Virus record (IMG/VR): IMGVR_UViG_3300002821_000002
Span: 1-38,253 of that record
Length of the DNA: 38,253 bases
Strand: one strand, 5' to 3'
Source of the DNA: a virus
The notes under the pieces are model-generated. The model did not search any database. It saw only the letters and a list, made by a program, of their open reading frames with translations, and had not been told where the DNA came from. The translations under genes and the position numbers were made by a program. This document shows positions 25,486-34,011 of the stretch, piece after piece (position 1 is the stretch's first letter; every line of letters begins with the position of its first letter).

Positions 25486-25576
25486 GCCGCTGAAGCATTC
25501 GGGGAATGCCTGCACCCACACACACTCTGTCACATATGGGGTGCAGTAAATGCCGGTTCAACTCCGGCCCGTGGCT
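25486..25576 (+). ncRNA. tRNA-like element resembling tRNA-Cys, with the anticodon arm replaced by a long hairpin
   Basis: GCCGCTG/CCGTGGC acceptor (1 mismatch), GCATT/AATGC hairpin, CTGCACCC/GGGTGCAG stem, perfect T-arm GCCGG-TTCAACT-CCGGC, U discriminator. Confidence 0.7.
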
Positions 25577-25580
25577 CTCA

Positions 25581-25742
25581 ATGAAACACGAAATCGCAGA
25601 AGAACCCGCAACGGTCCGGCTCCGGCACATCCTCCGGCCCGACACCTGGAGCGGGCTCTCGCTGCTGGAGAAGATAGCGGTCGTGCAGCTGGCGCTCGGG
25701 GCCTGCACGTTCGTCCTGCTGGTCGTTCTGGTGACCGGATGA
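25581..25742 (+). CDS. 53-aa protein with C-terminal TM helix
   Basis: MKHEIAEEP...IAVVQLALGACTFVLLVVLVTG; stop overlaps next ATG. Confidence 0.55.
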   Translation: MKHEIAEEPATVRLRHILRPDTWSGLSLLEKIAVVQLALGACTFVLLVVLVTG

Positions 25743-25861
25743 TCTCCCGGCGCGACAAGACTCTCATCATCCTGACCTGTGCAGCAGCGGTAGCAATAGC
25801 GGCGTTCCTGATAGTGCTCCGGCAGTGGGCTGAACACCTGGCAGCAGCGGGGGTGCCGTGA
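25739..25861 (+). CDS. 40-aa single-TM protein
   Basis: MISRRDKTLIILTCAAAVAIAAFLIVLRQWAEHLAAAGVP; GTGA overlap with terS. Confidence 0.6.
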   Translation: MISRRDKTLIILTCAAAVAIAAFLIVLRQWAEHLAAAGVP

Positions 25862-26409
25862 GGATGGCCGTCGCGAAAAAGAGACCGGCGAAAGGCAAGA
25901 AGGCAAAAAAGAAGGCCGGACCGGCAAAGGCCGCTGCGGAGATGGGCCGCCCCACCAAGTATGACCCGGACGTGCACCCGCTCATGGGATGGATGCTGGC
26001 AATCCGGGGCAAGACCAACAAGGAGATCGCCGCCGGGCTTAGAATCTCAACCGGTACGCTATTCAGCTGGACAAAACTCCATGAGGACTTCCTGAGCGCC
26101 ATAAAAAGCGGCAAGGATGTCGCTGATGCAGGTGTCGAGCAGGCCCTGTACAAACGGGCGCTCGGGTATGACTACGACTTCACCGAGACCACTCACGACC
26201 CGGAGAAAGGCGACACCATCAAGAACGGCAAGAAGCATGTGGCCGGCGATGTCACTGCCCAGATCTTCTGGCTCTGCAACCGCAGGAAAGAGGACTGGAG
26301 GAACGTGAACAAGCTGGAACACAGCGGCCCGAACGGCGGCCCGATCCGGGTCGTGAAAGCCGAGGATCTGACTGATGACGAACTTGCAAGGATAGTCGCC
26401 CAGAAATGA
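25858..26409 (+). CDS. terS: Terminase small subunit
   Basis: GRPTKY...HTH...ADAGVEQALYKRALGY...DVTAQIFWL.NR...EHSGPNGGPI; precedes TerL. Confidence 0.9.
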   Translation: MRMAVAKKRPAKGKKAKKKAGPAKAAAEMGRPTKYDPDVHPLMGWMLAIRGKTNKEIAAGLRISTGTLFSWTKLHEDFLSAIKSGKDVADAGVEQALYKRALGYDYDFTETTHDPEKGDTIKNGKKHVAGDVTAQIFWLCNRRKEDWRNVNKLEHSGPNGGPIRVVKAEDLTDDELARIVAQK

Positions 26410-27917
26410 CCGAAGCCGCCGCCGCAACACCTACTCCCATCCTGCCTTATGAAGCTGCCGAGGAGATGCTGCGAAGGAGGAGTGCCCGAGCGGGGTTGCT
26501 CGAGTTCACCCGGTACACGAAACCCGATTACCAGACCAACTGGCACCACGATGCCCTGTGCAGGTACCTCGACCGGTTCGTATCAGGAGAGATCAAGCGG
26601 CTGATGGTCTTCATGCCGCCCAGGCACGGGAAATCCGAGCTTGTCAGTCGCCGGCTGCCTGCATACATCTTCGGGAGGGATCCAGACACCAGCATCATCT
26701 CCTGCTCTTATGGTGCTGACCTTGCATCACGCATGAATCGCGATGTCCAGCGAATCATCGAGTCACCCACGTACCGAAAACTGTTCCCGGACACTACCCT
26801 GTTCGGGACCAATGTGCGTACGGTCGCGGACGGCTCGTACCTGCGAAACTCCGATATTTTCGAGATTGTCGGGCACACGGGAGTATATCGTTCTGCAGGT
26901 GTCGGTGGCGGGATTACCGGCATGGGCTGTGTGTATGGGATCATCGACGACCCGCTCAAAAACCGGGAAGAGGCCTCCAGTCGGACGATCCGGGAGACCA
27001 TCTGGGAGTGGTATACCTCCACCTTCTACACCCGGCTCGAGAAGGATGCCCAGATCCTCATCACCATGACGCGGTGGCATGAGGGAGATCTCGCGGGCAA
27101 GGTCCTCGAGCTTGCCGAGAGTGAAGGTGGGGAGAAGTGGACCATCGTGAACTTTCCAGCGGTCGCTGAAACCCCGTCAGAAGACGACCCTCGGCATGTC
27201 GGCGACCCGCTCTGGCCGGAGAAGTACGATACCCGGAGACTCGAAGCTATTCGGACTACACTTGGTTCTTATCAGTGGTCCGCCCTTTACCAGCAACGCC
27301 CAACCCCGCAGGAAGGCGGGATGTTCAAGCGGCAGTGGTTCACGATCATCGACCAGGCACCCCGCGACCTCATTAAGGTCCGCAGGTGGGACCTGGCAGC
27401 GTCACTGAACAAGGGGGACTGGACAGCCGGGCTGCACTATGGCCGGAAAGACGGCCGGTTCTATATCCTTGATCTCCAGCACGTCAGGGAGAGCCCTGCA
27501 GGTGTCGAGGCCCTTGTTCGGCAGACCGCTCAGACGGACGGGTACGAGACTATGATCCGGATGGAGCGGGAGCCCGGTTCTTCTGGTGTCAACACCGTTG
27601 ACCACTACGCCAGGCACGTGCTCGTCGGGTACTCTTTCCTTGGCGTCCCCTCTACCGGATCGAAAGAGGTCCGGGCACAGCCTGTCAGTGCGGCGGCAGA
27701 GGCCGGCAACGTCTTCCTAGTCAAAGGACCATGGAACCTCGTGTTCCTGGATGAAGTCACCACGTTCCCGAACGGAGATAACGATGATATTGTCGATGTC
27801 CTGTCCGGAGCTCACCATGACCTTACCCAGAACGACGGTGCAACCGAACTGACACTTGAACACGCCGGCGGGTTCGGCCCGCAGAACAAGATGAAAATCC
27901 GAGGTGGATTAATGTGA
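26406..27917 (+). CDS. terL: Terminase large subunit
   Basis: LMVFMPPRHGKSE (Walker A), GIIDDP (Walker B), WDLA and NDDIVD nuclease motifs. Confidence 0.97.
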   Translation: MTEAAAATPTPILPYEAAEEMLRRRSARAGLLEFTRYTKPDYQTNWHHDALCRYLDRFVSGEIKRLMVFMPPRHGKSELVSRRLPAYIFGRDPDTSIISCSYGADLASRMNRDVQRIIESPTYRKLFPDTTLFGTNVRTVADGSYLRNSDIFEIVGHTGVYRSAGVGGGITGMGCVYGIIDDPLKNREEASSRTIRETIWEWYTSTFYTRLEKDAQILITMTRWHEGDLAGKVLELAESEGGEKWTIVNFPAVAETPSEDDPRHVGDPLWPEKYDTRRLEAIRTTLGSYQWSALYQQRPTPQEGGMFKRQWFTIIDQAPRDLIKVRRWDLAASLNKGDWTAGLHYGRKDGRFYILDLQHVRESPAGVEALVRQTAQTDGYETMIRMEREPGSSGVNTVDHYARHVLVGYSFLGVPSTGSKEVRAQPVSAAAEAGNVFLVKGPWNLVFLDEVTTFPNGDNDDIVDVLSGAHHDLTQNDGATELTLEHAGGFGPQNKMKIRGGLM

Positions 27918-29341
27918 CCCTACTAGACAGTATCCGGAACCTTCGGAGGCCCCGCAACCCTGACCGGGAAGACGGTGTCCTCTACCAGCACAGCGTGACG
28001 AACAGGTATAAGGCGCCGGAGGTGACGGCCGCCAAGATCCGATCGCTTGAAGACAACGCCTATTTCGTCAAGCTGGAACAGAACCAGCGGAACCTGATCT
28101 TCTGCGAGAAAGTCGAGATCGTGGTCAAGAACCCGCAGGGAGAGATTGACGAGGACCTCACCGAGAAGATGACGGCCATGACCAACGAGGACGACAACCG
28201 CCTCAACCAGAAACTCCCGATCATCTGGTCGTCCGTCTGGAGATACGGGGCATCGTTCGTCAACGATGTCTGGGGCTGGAGGGGCTCGGAATACCGGCTC
28301 CTGGCGCTCCGCGTCCTGCCGGCCTACACGTTCGCAACCGTGCCAACGACCGGGAACTACGTCTCGTACGGGGATATCCTCCGTGGCGTTGTCCTGAACG
28401 AGGACTATGAGGTCGAATACTGGCAGAAACAGGACGAGACGGGCGACCCGGTCCTGGTCAAGAACATCACCATGATCAAGGACCCGACCGAACCCGCGAT
28501 CGCAGGGGTACCTGCGTGCCTGCCGGCAGTGCACATCATCCACATGCTCGCGTACTGCCACAAGGCCCAGATGCAGAAGGTCAACCGCGTCGGCGCCCCG
28601 GCACTCTTCCCGAAAGTCACCAGCTCGGTCCAGCGGGCAAAGGGGATTGTCAGCGATGCCACGTATCTCAAGACCCTGCTCCAGAACTGGGGGATCAATG
28701 TCGGGTTCCCGCTGCGGGAGAACATGGAGTTTGCCGACCCGCACATCGAGGACAACCCCACGGCCCTGGACACCATCAAGCACTACGAAGGGATCCTCGA
28801 CCGTATCTACTCCCCGACCAGCCTGATCACGAAAGACGGCACCCTGATCGGCGGGTCGAACCTTGGCGAGCTGGAACTCATGAAAATGTATATCTCCAGC
28901 GTGCACCGGTGGCTTGAAGAAGCGGCGGAGTCCCTGCTGCAGCACTACCTGGACGTGAACGGGTATACAGAGAAGGGCTATTCCGTTGAGGTCACGCTGC
29001 CGGCGTTTGAGGTCGATGAGACCCCGCTCAATGTTCAGCTCGTGACCGCCATGCGGGAGACGCCCACCAGCCCGGCGCTTGCCACCCTTGACGAGATGCG
29101 GGACCTGCTCGGCCTGCCTCCTGCAGATGACAAGGTCCGGGCGGAGCTCGAGAAGACCAGGCCGCAACCGCAGGCCCTCTCCGTCCCGGCCGTCCCGTTC
29201 GGCCTGAAACAGGAACCGCACCCGAAAGGCGTGCAGACCCCTGAAGAGGTCGAGAAAGACGAGGCGGACGACCTGGAGCGGGCATACGGCGATGCGTTCG
29301 AGGCAGTGATCGCGGAGCTGAAGGCGATGGAGACCGGATAA
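27914..29341 (+). CDS. Portal protein
   Basis: 475 aa directly after TerL; C-terminal TLDEMRDLLGLPP motif. Confidence 0.85.
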   Translation: MTLLDSIRNLRRPRNPDREDGVLYQHSVTNRYKAPEVTAAKIRSLEDNAYFVKLEQNQRNLIFCEKVEIVVKNPQGEIDEDLTEKMTAMTNEDDNRLNQKLPIIWSSVWRYGASFVNDVWGWRGSEYRLLALRVLPAYTFATVPTTGNYVSYGDILRGVVLNEDYEVEYWQKQDETGDPVLVKNITMIKDPTEPAIAGVPACLPAVHIIHMLAYCHKAQMQKVNRVGAPALFPKVTSSVQRAKGIVSDATYLKTLLQNWGINVGFPLRENMEFADPHIEDNPTALDTIKHYEGILDRIYSPTSLITKDGTLIGGSNLGELELMKMYISSVHRWLEEAAESLLQHYLDVNGYTEKGYSVEVTLPAFEVDETPLNVQLVTAMRETPTSPALATLDEMRDLLGLPPADDKVRAELEKTRPQPQALSVPAVPFGLKQEPHPKGVQTPEEVEKDEADDLERAYGDAFEAVIAELKAMETG

Positions 29342-29342
29342 G

Positions 29343-29996
29343 ATGGCCATCTCCCCCGACCGCATGAAAAGTATCTTCGACCACCTCGACCAGCGGCAAC
29401 GGAAGATCCTGATCAACTCCGCCACGCAGGCCCATATCGCAGGGGACGCCAACGCCATCCGGCTTGCCAAACTCCTGTTCTCGAAAGAGATGGTGCAGCA
29501 GGAGGCCCTGGAGTATATGAAAGGGTATCGGCAGATGCTCATCGAAAAGGGCGGGACCATGGTGGTCAACATCAACAAGGAGACCGGTGTCCCTGAACGG
29601 CTCTTCAAACCATGGTTCACGGACGCCAGCAAAGAGCAGCGGGAGACGGTCTCGGACATCATCCGGAAAGGTATCGAGAACGGGAAACCGACAGGGGCGA
29701 GGGAGTTCAAGGCCGGGGGGTATCCGGAGGGCAGCATCGCGAAGGACCTCCAGGACTACTTCAGCGAACGGAAATCCCATGCCGCAACAGTGGCCCGCAC
29801 CGAGACCGCGAGGATCCAGAGCGAAGCCTCGCTCACCCGGTACAGGAAAGCCGGGGTGAAGGTGGAGTATCGCACGGCCCGGGACGACAGGGTCCGGCCG
29901 GAACACCGGGCGCTTGAGGGGATTTACGATGCCGACAAGGTGCCGCCGATTGGCGAGCCGAACTGCAGGTGTGCACACATCCCGGTCGTGGCGTAA
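29343..29996 (+). CDS. Minor head protein (Mu gpF/SPP1 gp7-like)
   Basis: VARTETAR...TARDDRVRPEH...PP...PNCRC. Confidence 0.9.
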   Translation: MAISPDRMKSIFDHLDQRQRKILINSATQAHIAGDANAIRLAKLLFSKEMVQQEALEYMKGYRQMLIEKGGTMVVNINKETGVPERLFKPWFTDASKEQRETVSDIIRKGIENGKPTGAREFKAGGYPEGSIAKDLQDYFSERKSHAATVARTETARIQSEASLTRYRKAGVKVEYRTARDDRVRPEHRALEGIYDADKVPPIGEPNCRCAHIPVVA

Positions 29997-30005
29997 GGAG
30001 AGCAC

Positions 30006-30497
30006 ATGGAAATGAAACTGAACATGGACGAAAGACAGGTTATCACGAGGAACGGAACGCGGATCGACTTCTCTGCTGATGAAATCGCATACATGCGCGA
30101 GCAGACCGTGGTCCAGAACGGCGACCGGCTGAGCTATGCCAGCATCGCCCGCGAGCTGAACATCCGGTTTAAGGACCACAACGAAGGCAGGCGGACCCGG
30201 CAGAGCGTCTATGAGTTCATGACCGCGGACCCGAGCGCCCCCGTGCTCATGCGGGTAGCCATCCCCCGCGACCTGCTCCAGCAGTTCCGGGCAACCGGCA
30301 AAGGACTCGAACAGATCGTCATCAATGCCATCCAGGAGGCCCTGTCATGCAAGACTTCAACACAGCCTGCGCAGCCCGAAAGTGCACCGAATGCTGCGGG
30401 ATCATCTCCTTCCCCGCAGACCTCGTCACCAGATACCGTGACCGGTTCCAGCAGCAACCAGTCAAGGAAATCTGGAAAGCCGGACAGGCGGCACTGA
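30006..30497 (+). CDS. Putative DNA-binding protein (HTH/RHH-like)
   Basis: LSYASIARELN and LMRVAIPRDLL...IVINAIQEAL; last about 50 codons overlap the next gene. Confidence 0.6.
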   Translation: MEMKLNMDERQVITRNGTRIDFSADEIAYMREQTVVQNGDRLSYASIARELNIRFKDHNEGRRTRQSVYEFMTADPSAPVLMRVAIPRDLLQQFRATGKGLEQIVINAIQEALSCKTSTQPAQPESAPNAAGSSPSPQTSSPDTVTGSSSNQSRKSGKPDRRH

Positions 30498-30703
30498 TCA
30501 CCGCTGACCGGAAGTGCATTTTTCTTTCAGCAGCGGGACGGTGCGCCATCTACGAGGACCGCCCGGGCGTCTGCATCATGTATGGGATATCCCGGCTCCA
30601 GCCCTGCCCGTACCTGACCGACGAGGGGAAACGCAGGACCCGCGAGGACACCCGGAAAGTCCACAACCTGATCCGGCAGGAGATCAAAGAGGCAGGAGTG
30701 TAA
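30347..30703 (+). CDS. YkgJ-like CxxCxxCC Fe-S/Zn cluster protein
   Basis: CAARKCTECC...CIFL...CAIYEDRP.VC..YG...CPY; GGAGG RBS. Confidence 0.85.
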   Translation: MQDFNTACAARKCTECCGIISFPADLVTRYRDRFQQQPVKEIWKAGQAALITADRKCIFLSAAGRCAIYEDRPGVCIMYGISRLQPCPYLTDEGKRRTREDTRKVHNLIRQEIKEAGV

Positions 30704-30707
30704 TGTT

Positions 30708-31448
30708 GTGAGCGAATTTCTTGAAATAACCACAAAAATAGGGTGCTCTGTGAACTGCCTGAAATACTGCCCGCAGGAAGTCCTGTTAAGCAAGTATGAC
30801 GGTCCCCGCGCAATGAGCCTTGATGCATTCAAGGAGATAATACGGACTGTGCCGAAAACCGTGGAAATAACGTTCAGCGGGTTCTGTGAGCCGTTCCTGA
30901 ACCCGGATACCGCTGAGATGATAGTGCACGCCTACGAAGAGGGCCACGGTGTCCAGTTGTTTACTACGCTGGTCGGATGCACCTATGATGATTACGAGAG
31001 GATAAAGAACGTGGAGTTCTCCCGCATCCTTTTACACCTGCCGGACGCCAATGGGGTAGCAAAGATCCCAATAACCCGGGAGTATTGTGAGTTATTACCG
31101 ATATTCCTGAAACGGTGGCAATGCCAGACTGTAGCAATGAACGAGCGGTTTCCAACTAATCGCCGCGAGGATCACGCACGGACCGGCCTCCCATTCAAGC
31201 CATACCCGATCTCGTGCGATAAACTCTGTGAAAGGCAGCACGTCGTCCTCCCGAACGGCAACGTCTACCAGTGCTGCTACGACTTCGGCCTCAACGATCC
31301 GGTGGGGAACCTCCTTGAGGACAGTTACCAGCACCTTAAACCCTTGAAGAAGACCCGGACCTGCCGGCACTGCGACCTCGCAATGTTCACCCCGTTCTAT
31401 CTCTTGCGGGGCGTTGTGGTAAAATACCTGTTTGCGGGCGGGCGGTAA
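30708..31448 (+). CDS. Radical SAM enzyme with SPASM/twitch domain
   Basis: GCSVNCLKYCPQ, FSGFCEPFLNPD, LFTTLVG; C-terminal VLPNGNVYQCCYDF...VGNL...CRHC. Confidence 0.85.
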   Translation: MSEFLEITTKIGCSVNCLKYCPQEVLLSKYDGPRAMSLDAFKEIIRTVPKTVEITFSGFCEPFLNPDTAEMIVHAYEEGHGVQLFTTLVGCTYDDYERIKNVEFSRILLHLPDANGVAKIPITREYCELLPIFLKRWQCQTVAMNERFPTNRREDHARTGLPFKPYPISCDKLCERQHVVLPNGNVYQCCYDFGLNDPVGNLLEDSYQHLKPLKKTRTCRHCDLAMFTPFYLLRGVVVKYLFAGGR

Positions 31449-31490
31449 CGCAGCCACAATCCGTCCTAACCTGTCGTAATCCTACCCTCC

Positions 31491-31496
31491 TTATAA
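31491..31496 (+). promoter_or_regulatory. TATA box for capsid operon
   Basis: TTATAA about 30 nt upstream of ATG 31525. Confidence 0.5.
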
Positions 31497-31524
31497 CCTT
31501 TTCCTGATAACACCTCTATGATGT

Positions 31525-32751
31525 ATGCCGTACTCCTCCGTAGAGGATTTGCCCGAAGAGGTCCGTTCAGCACTCCCGGACGGCGGGCAGCGCATTTTTC
31601 TTGCGGCATTCAATGCAGCCTTTGAGGGCACATGCAAGAACGATCCCGATCTGGAGGAGTGCGCGAATCGGGTCGCATGGGCCGCCGTCAAGGAGAAATA
31701 CGAGAAATCCGAGGATGGGAAGTGGACCGAACGCACCCGGAAACGGCAATGCCCGCCCGGCGTGTTCAACTGCACAGCCCCCCTGGCCGAAAGCCCGGGG
31801 CCGCTTGCCACCCTGAACGTCCTCGACACCTTCCAGCGTTTTCCGAACCCGCGTTTTCCCGAGGGCCTGAACCTCTGGTATGGGGCTGAAGCATTCGCCG
31901 GCACCGAACCCGCATGGCGGTCCGTGCCGCTGATCTATGCGCAGACCCATCCGGACGGCAGACAGCTCCTCACCGACCAGCCCGCCGCCCTTTCCTCCGT
32001 CAAGACAGTTGACGGCAGGCCGGGCCGGGTGGTCGGCTCGGTTGAAAACGCCAGGATTGTCAGGGAAGGCCAGCCCCGGATCGAAGTGAGCATGAAGTTC
32101 ACCGACCCCGAGGTCAAGCGGTTGTGGCACGAGAGTAAACTATCGCTCTCGTCCTCGATCATCGCCTATGACGATCCTTACCCCGGTATGCCGGAAAACC
32201 ACCGGAAGGTCCGGCCGGGCGTCAAGCCCAACCACGTCCTCGTATTTGTCCGGTCGCCCCGCGACCTCCCCGGAGATCCGGGTGCAATGTTCCTGAACAA
32301 CAAGCAGGAAATTAAGGAGCCTACCAAAATGCCTGAAGACACCAAGACTCCGCCCTCCTCACCCATCGAGCAGAAACTTGCAGAGATGGACCTGGAGCTG
32401 CGGAACATGAAGGCCGCCTGGAACCAGGCGCAGTCCGACATCAAGATGAAAGACGAACAGATTAAGGTCGCCGAACTCGACCAGAAGGAACGGCAGTGGA
32501 GCCGGCTGGCCGAGACCCTGCCGCGGGCGTGGGTCCACGGTGACGAAGAGGCCAAGAGCCGAAAACTCTTCGAGGACAACCCCGCCGAGTTCGTCCTCAA
32601 GCTGGTGTCCACCCTCAACGACACCCATACCAAAGCGATGGAGAAAGCCGGTGAGGAATACCAGCGGAAGACCGCCGCACCCCCGAAGAAACTGGCGGAC
32701 GTCTGCACGGGCCTTCGCGTGAACGGCAAGGCCGTCGGAGATGAATCATGA
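31525..32751 (+). CDS. ChaB-domain prohead protease/scaffold fusion
   Basis: MPYSSVEDLPEEVRSALP...IFLAAFNAAF...VAWAAVKEKY...GKW (ChaB); DUF2213-like core (HPD, LSLSS, NHV); coiled-coil C-terminus; precedes MCP. Confidence 0.8.
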   Translation: MPYSSVEDLPEEVRSALPDGGQRIFLAAFNAAFEGTCKNDPDLEECANRVAWAAVKEKYEKSEDGKWTERTRKRQCPPGVFNCTAPLAESPGPLATLNVLDTFQRFPNPRFPEGLNLWYGAEAFAGTEPAWRSVPLIYAQTHPDGRQLLTDQPAALSSVKTVDGRPGRVVGSVENARIVREGQPRIEVSMKFTDPEVKRLWHESKLSLSSSIIAYDDPYPGMPENHRKVRPGVKPNHVLVFVRSPRDLPGDPGAMFLNNKQEIKEPTKMPEDTKTPPSSPIEQKLAEMDLELRNMKAAWNQAQSDIKMKDEQIKVAELDQKERQWSRLAETLPRAWVHGDEEAKSRKLFEDNPAEFVLKLVSTLNDTHTKAMEKAGEEYQRKTAAPPKKLADVCTGLRVNGKAVGDES

Positions 32752-33134
32752 CCGCGGGAGATCTCAAGGGAGCCTGCACGGTCATTGAAGTCGATGCTGG
32801 CGGCGTAGTCGCAAAGGGCGATGTCGTGCACATCGAGTCCGACGGGTACTGGGACGCTGTCACTGATACCGACGTCGGGAAGTTCGGCGTTGCCATCGAC
32901 ACCGCTGCTGCAGAAGGCGACGATATCCGCGTTGTCATCTGGGGCCCGGTCGAAGTTACCGCAGCCGCTGCAATCCCGAAGGGGGCTGTCGTCATGGCAC
33001 CCACTGCAGGAGACACTGCAGGCCAGGTCATCGCAACCGACCACGGGGCGATCGGCGAGAACATCGGAACCGCCATGGAAGCCGCGGCTGCTGCAGCTGC
33101 AACACTGACCATCTGGGTCGGGCTGGTGGAATAA
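32748..33134 (+). CDS. Capsid decoration/cement protein
   Basis: VAKGDVV...FGVAIDTAAAEGDDIRVV..GPVEV; between scaffold and MCP. Confidence 0.8.
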   Translation: MTAGDLKGACTVIEVDAGGVVAKGDVVHIESDGYWDAVTDTDVGKFGVAIDTAAAEGDDIRVVIWGPVEVTAAAAIPKGAVVMAPTAGDTAGQVIATDHGAIGENIGTAMEAAAAAAATLTIWVGLVE

Positions 33135-33135
33135 C

Positions 33136-33990
33136 ATGCCGGGCATTGTAGATACAGACGCGATCTCCGGCTCGCTGGATTCAGGGACGCTTGTCTCGGA
33201 GGTCCTGCACACCATGATCGGGGTGTCCGATCTCTACCAGCTCTGTCGGCCGGTGCCTGTGCCGTTCCTTACCGGCACGGTCCCGATCAGCAAGGGGTCC
33301 TTGACCGTTGCCGAGGACCTCGAAGAGTTCGAGCGGTCCGATGTCGAGACTGCACAGTTCACCTATGCATCATTCTCTCTGAAGAAAGATCGTGTGGTTC
33401 TCGGAGTCTCTGACGAGTCGAAGCGCAAGTCCCGGGCAGGCGACCCGATGGTCATCCAGAAGGAAGATGCTGCCACCAACCTTGCCGCAGTCCTCGACAA
33501 GAAGGTCATCGCCGCTCTCCAGACCTCCCCGCAGACCGGTGCAACCGCCGGGGCATGGTCTACCGTGACCAATAACCCAATGGCAGATTTCGCCACGGCT
33601 GTTGCTGCCGTCAAGCCGTATAAGGCGGACTTCGTCATCATGCCGAGCGCGGTCTGGGCAAAATGGATCGCAAACGACCTGTACAAAGCTATCGTCGCAT
33701 ACGGCGATACTCCCAAGATGGAGGGTGCTGTCGGCCGCGTGCCGGGTCTCGGTCTCGACATTTTCGTTGACACTATGGGGTATACGACCGCCAAGTCCGT
33801 CCTGGTCGGCGCCAGCAAAGCCTGTGCATGTTACGGGTATGGCGACGTAGAGATCAACACCGAGCGCGACAACAACATGGGCGCCGAGATCTACTACATG
33901 GACGTGTTCCGCCAGGTGCTCGGTCCCATCTACAAGACCAGCGCAAACCTGAACAAGGCCGTCTACCAGGTCACCGCAGTCATTGCCTGA
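33136..33990 (+). CDS. Major capsid protein (HK97 fold)
   Basis: 284 aa; LAAVLDKKVIAAL, ADFVIMPSAVW, GRVPGLG; position. Confidence 0.85.
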   Translation: MPGIVDTDAISGSLDSGTLVSEVLHTMIGVSDLYQLCRPVPVPFLTGTVPISKGSLTVAEDLEEFERSDVETAQFTYASFSLKKDRVVLGVSDESKRKSRAGDPMVIQKEDAATNLAAVLDKKVIAALQTSPQTGATAGAWSTVTNNPMADFATAVAAVKPYKADFVIMPSAVWAKWIANDLYKAIVAYGDTPKMEGAVGRVPGLGLDIFVDTMGYTTAKSVLVGASKACACYGYGDVEINTERDNNMGAEIYYMDVFRQVLGPIYKTSANLNKAVYQVTAVIA

Positions 33991-34011
33991 TGGGATCTCC
34001 CCATCTTTTTT
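33989..34011 (+). terminator. Hairpin plus T6 after MCP
   Basis: GATGGG-ATCTC-CCCATC-TTTTTT. Confidence 0.6.

Noticed and set aside
25505-25551. Intron-containing tRNA-Cys(GCA)
   Set aside because: The D-region would be only 12 nt and the bulge-helix-bulge central helix pairs poorly; the alternative 8-bp stem is much stronger
27923-30179. Long antisense ORFs (604 and 383 aa; also 16912-18114, 32178-33215, 7184-8053)
   Set aside because: Stop-poor shadows of GC-rich sense genes, with no motifs or RBS
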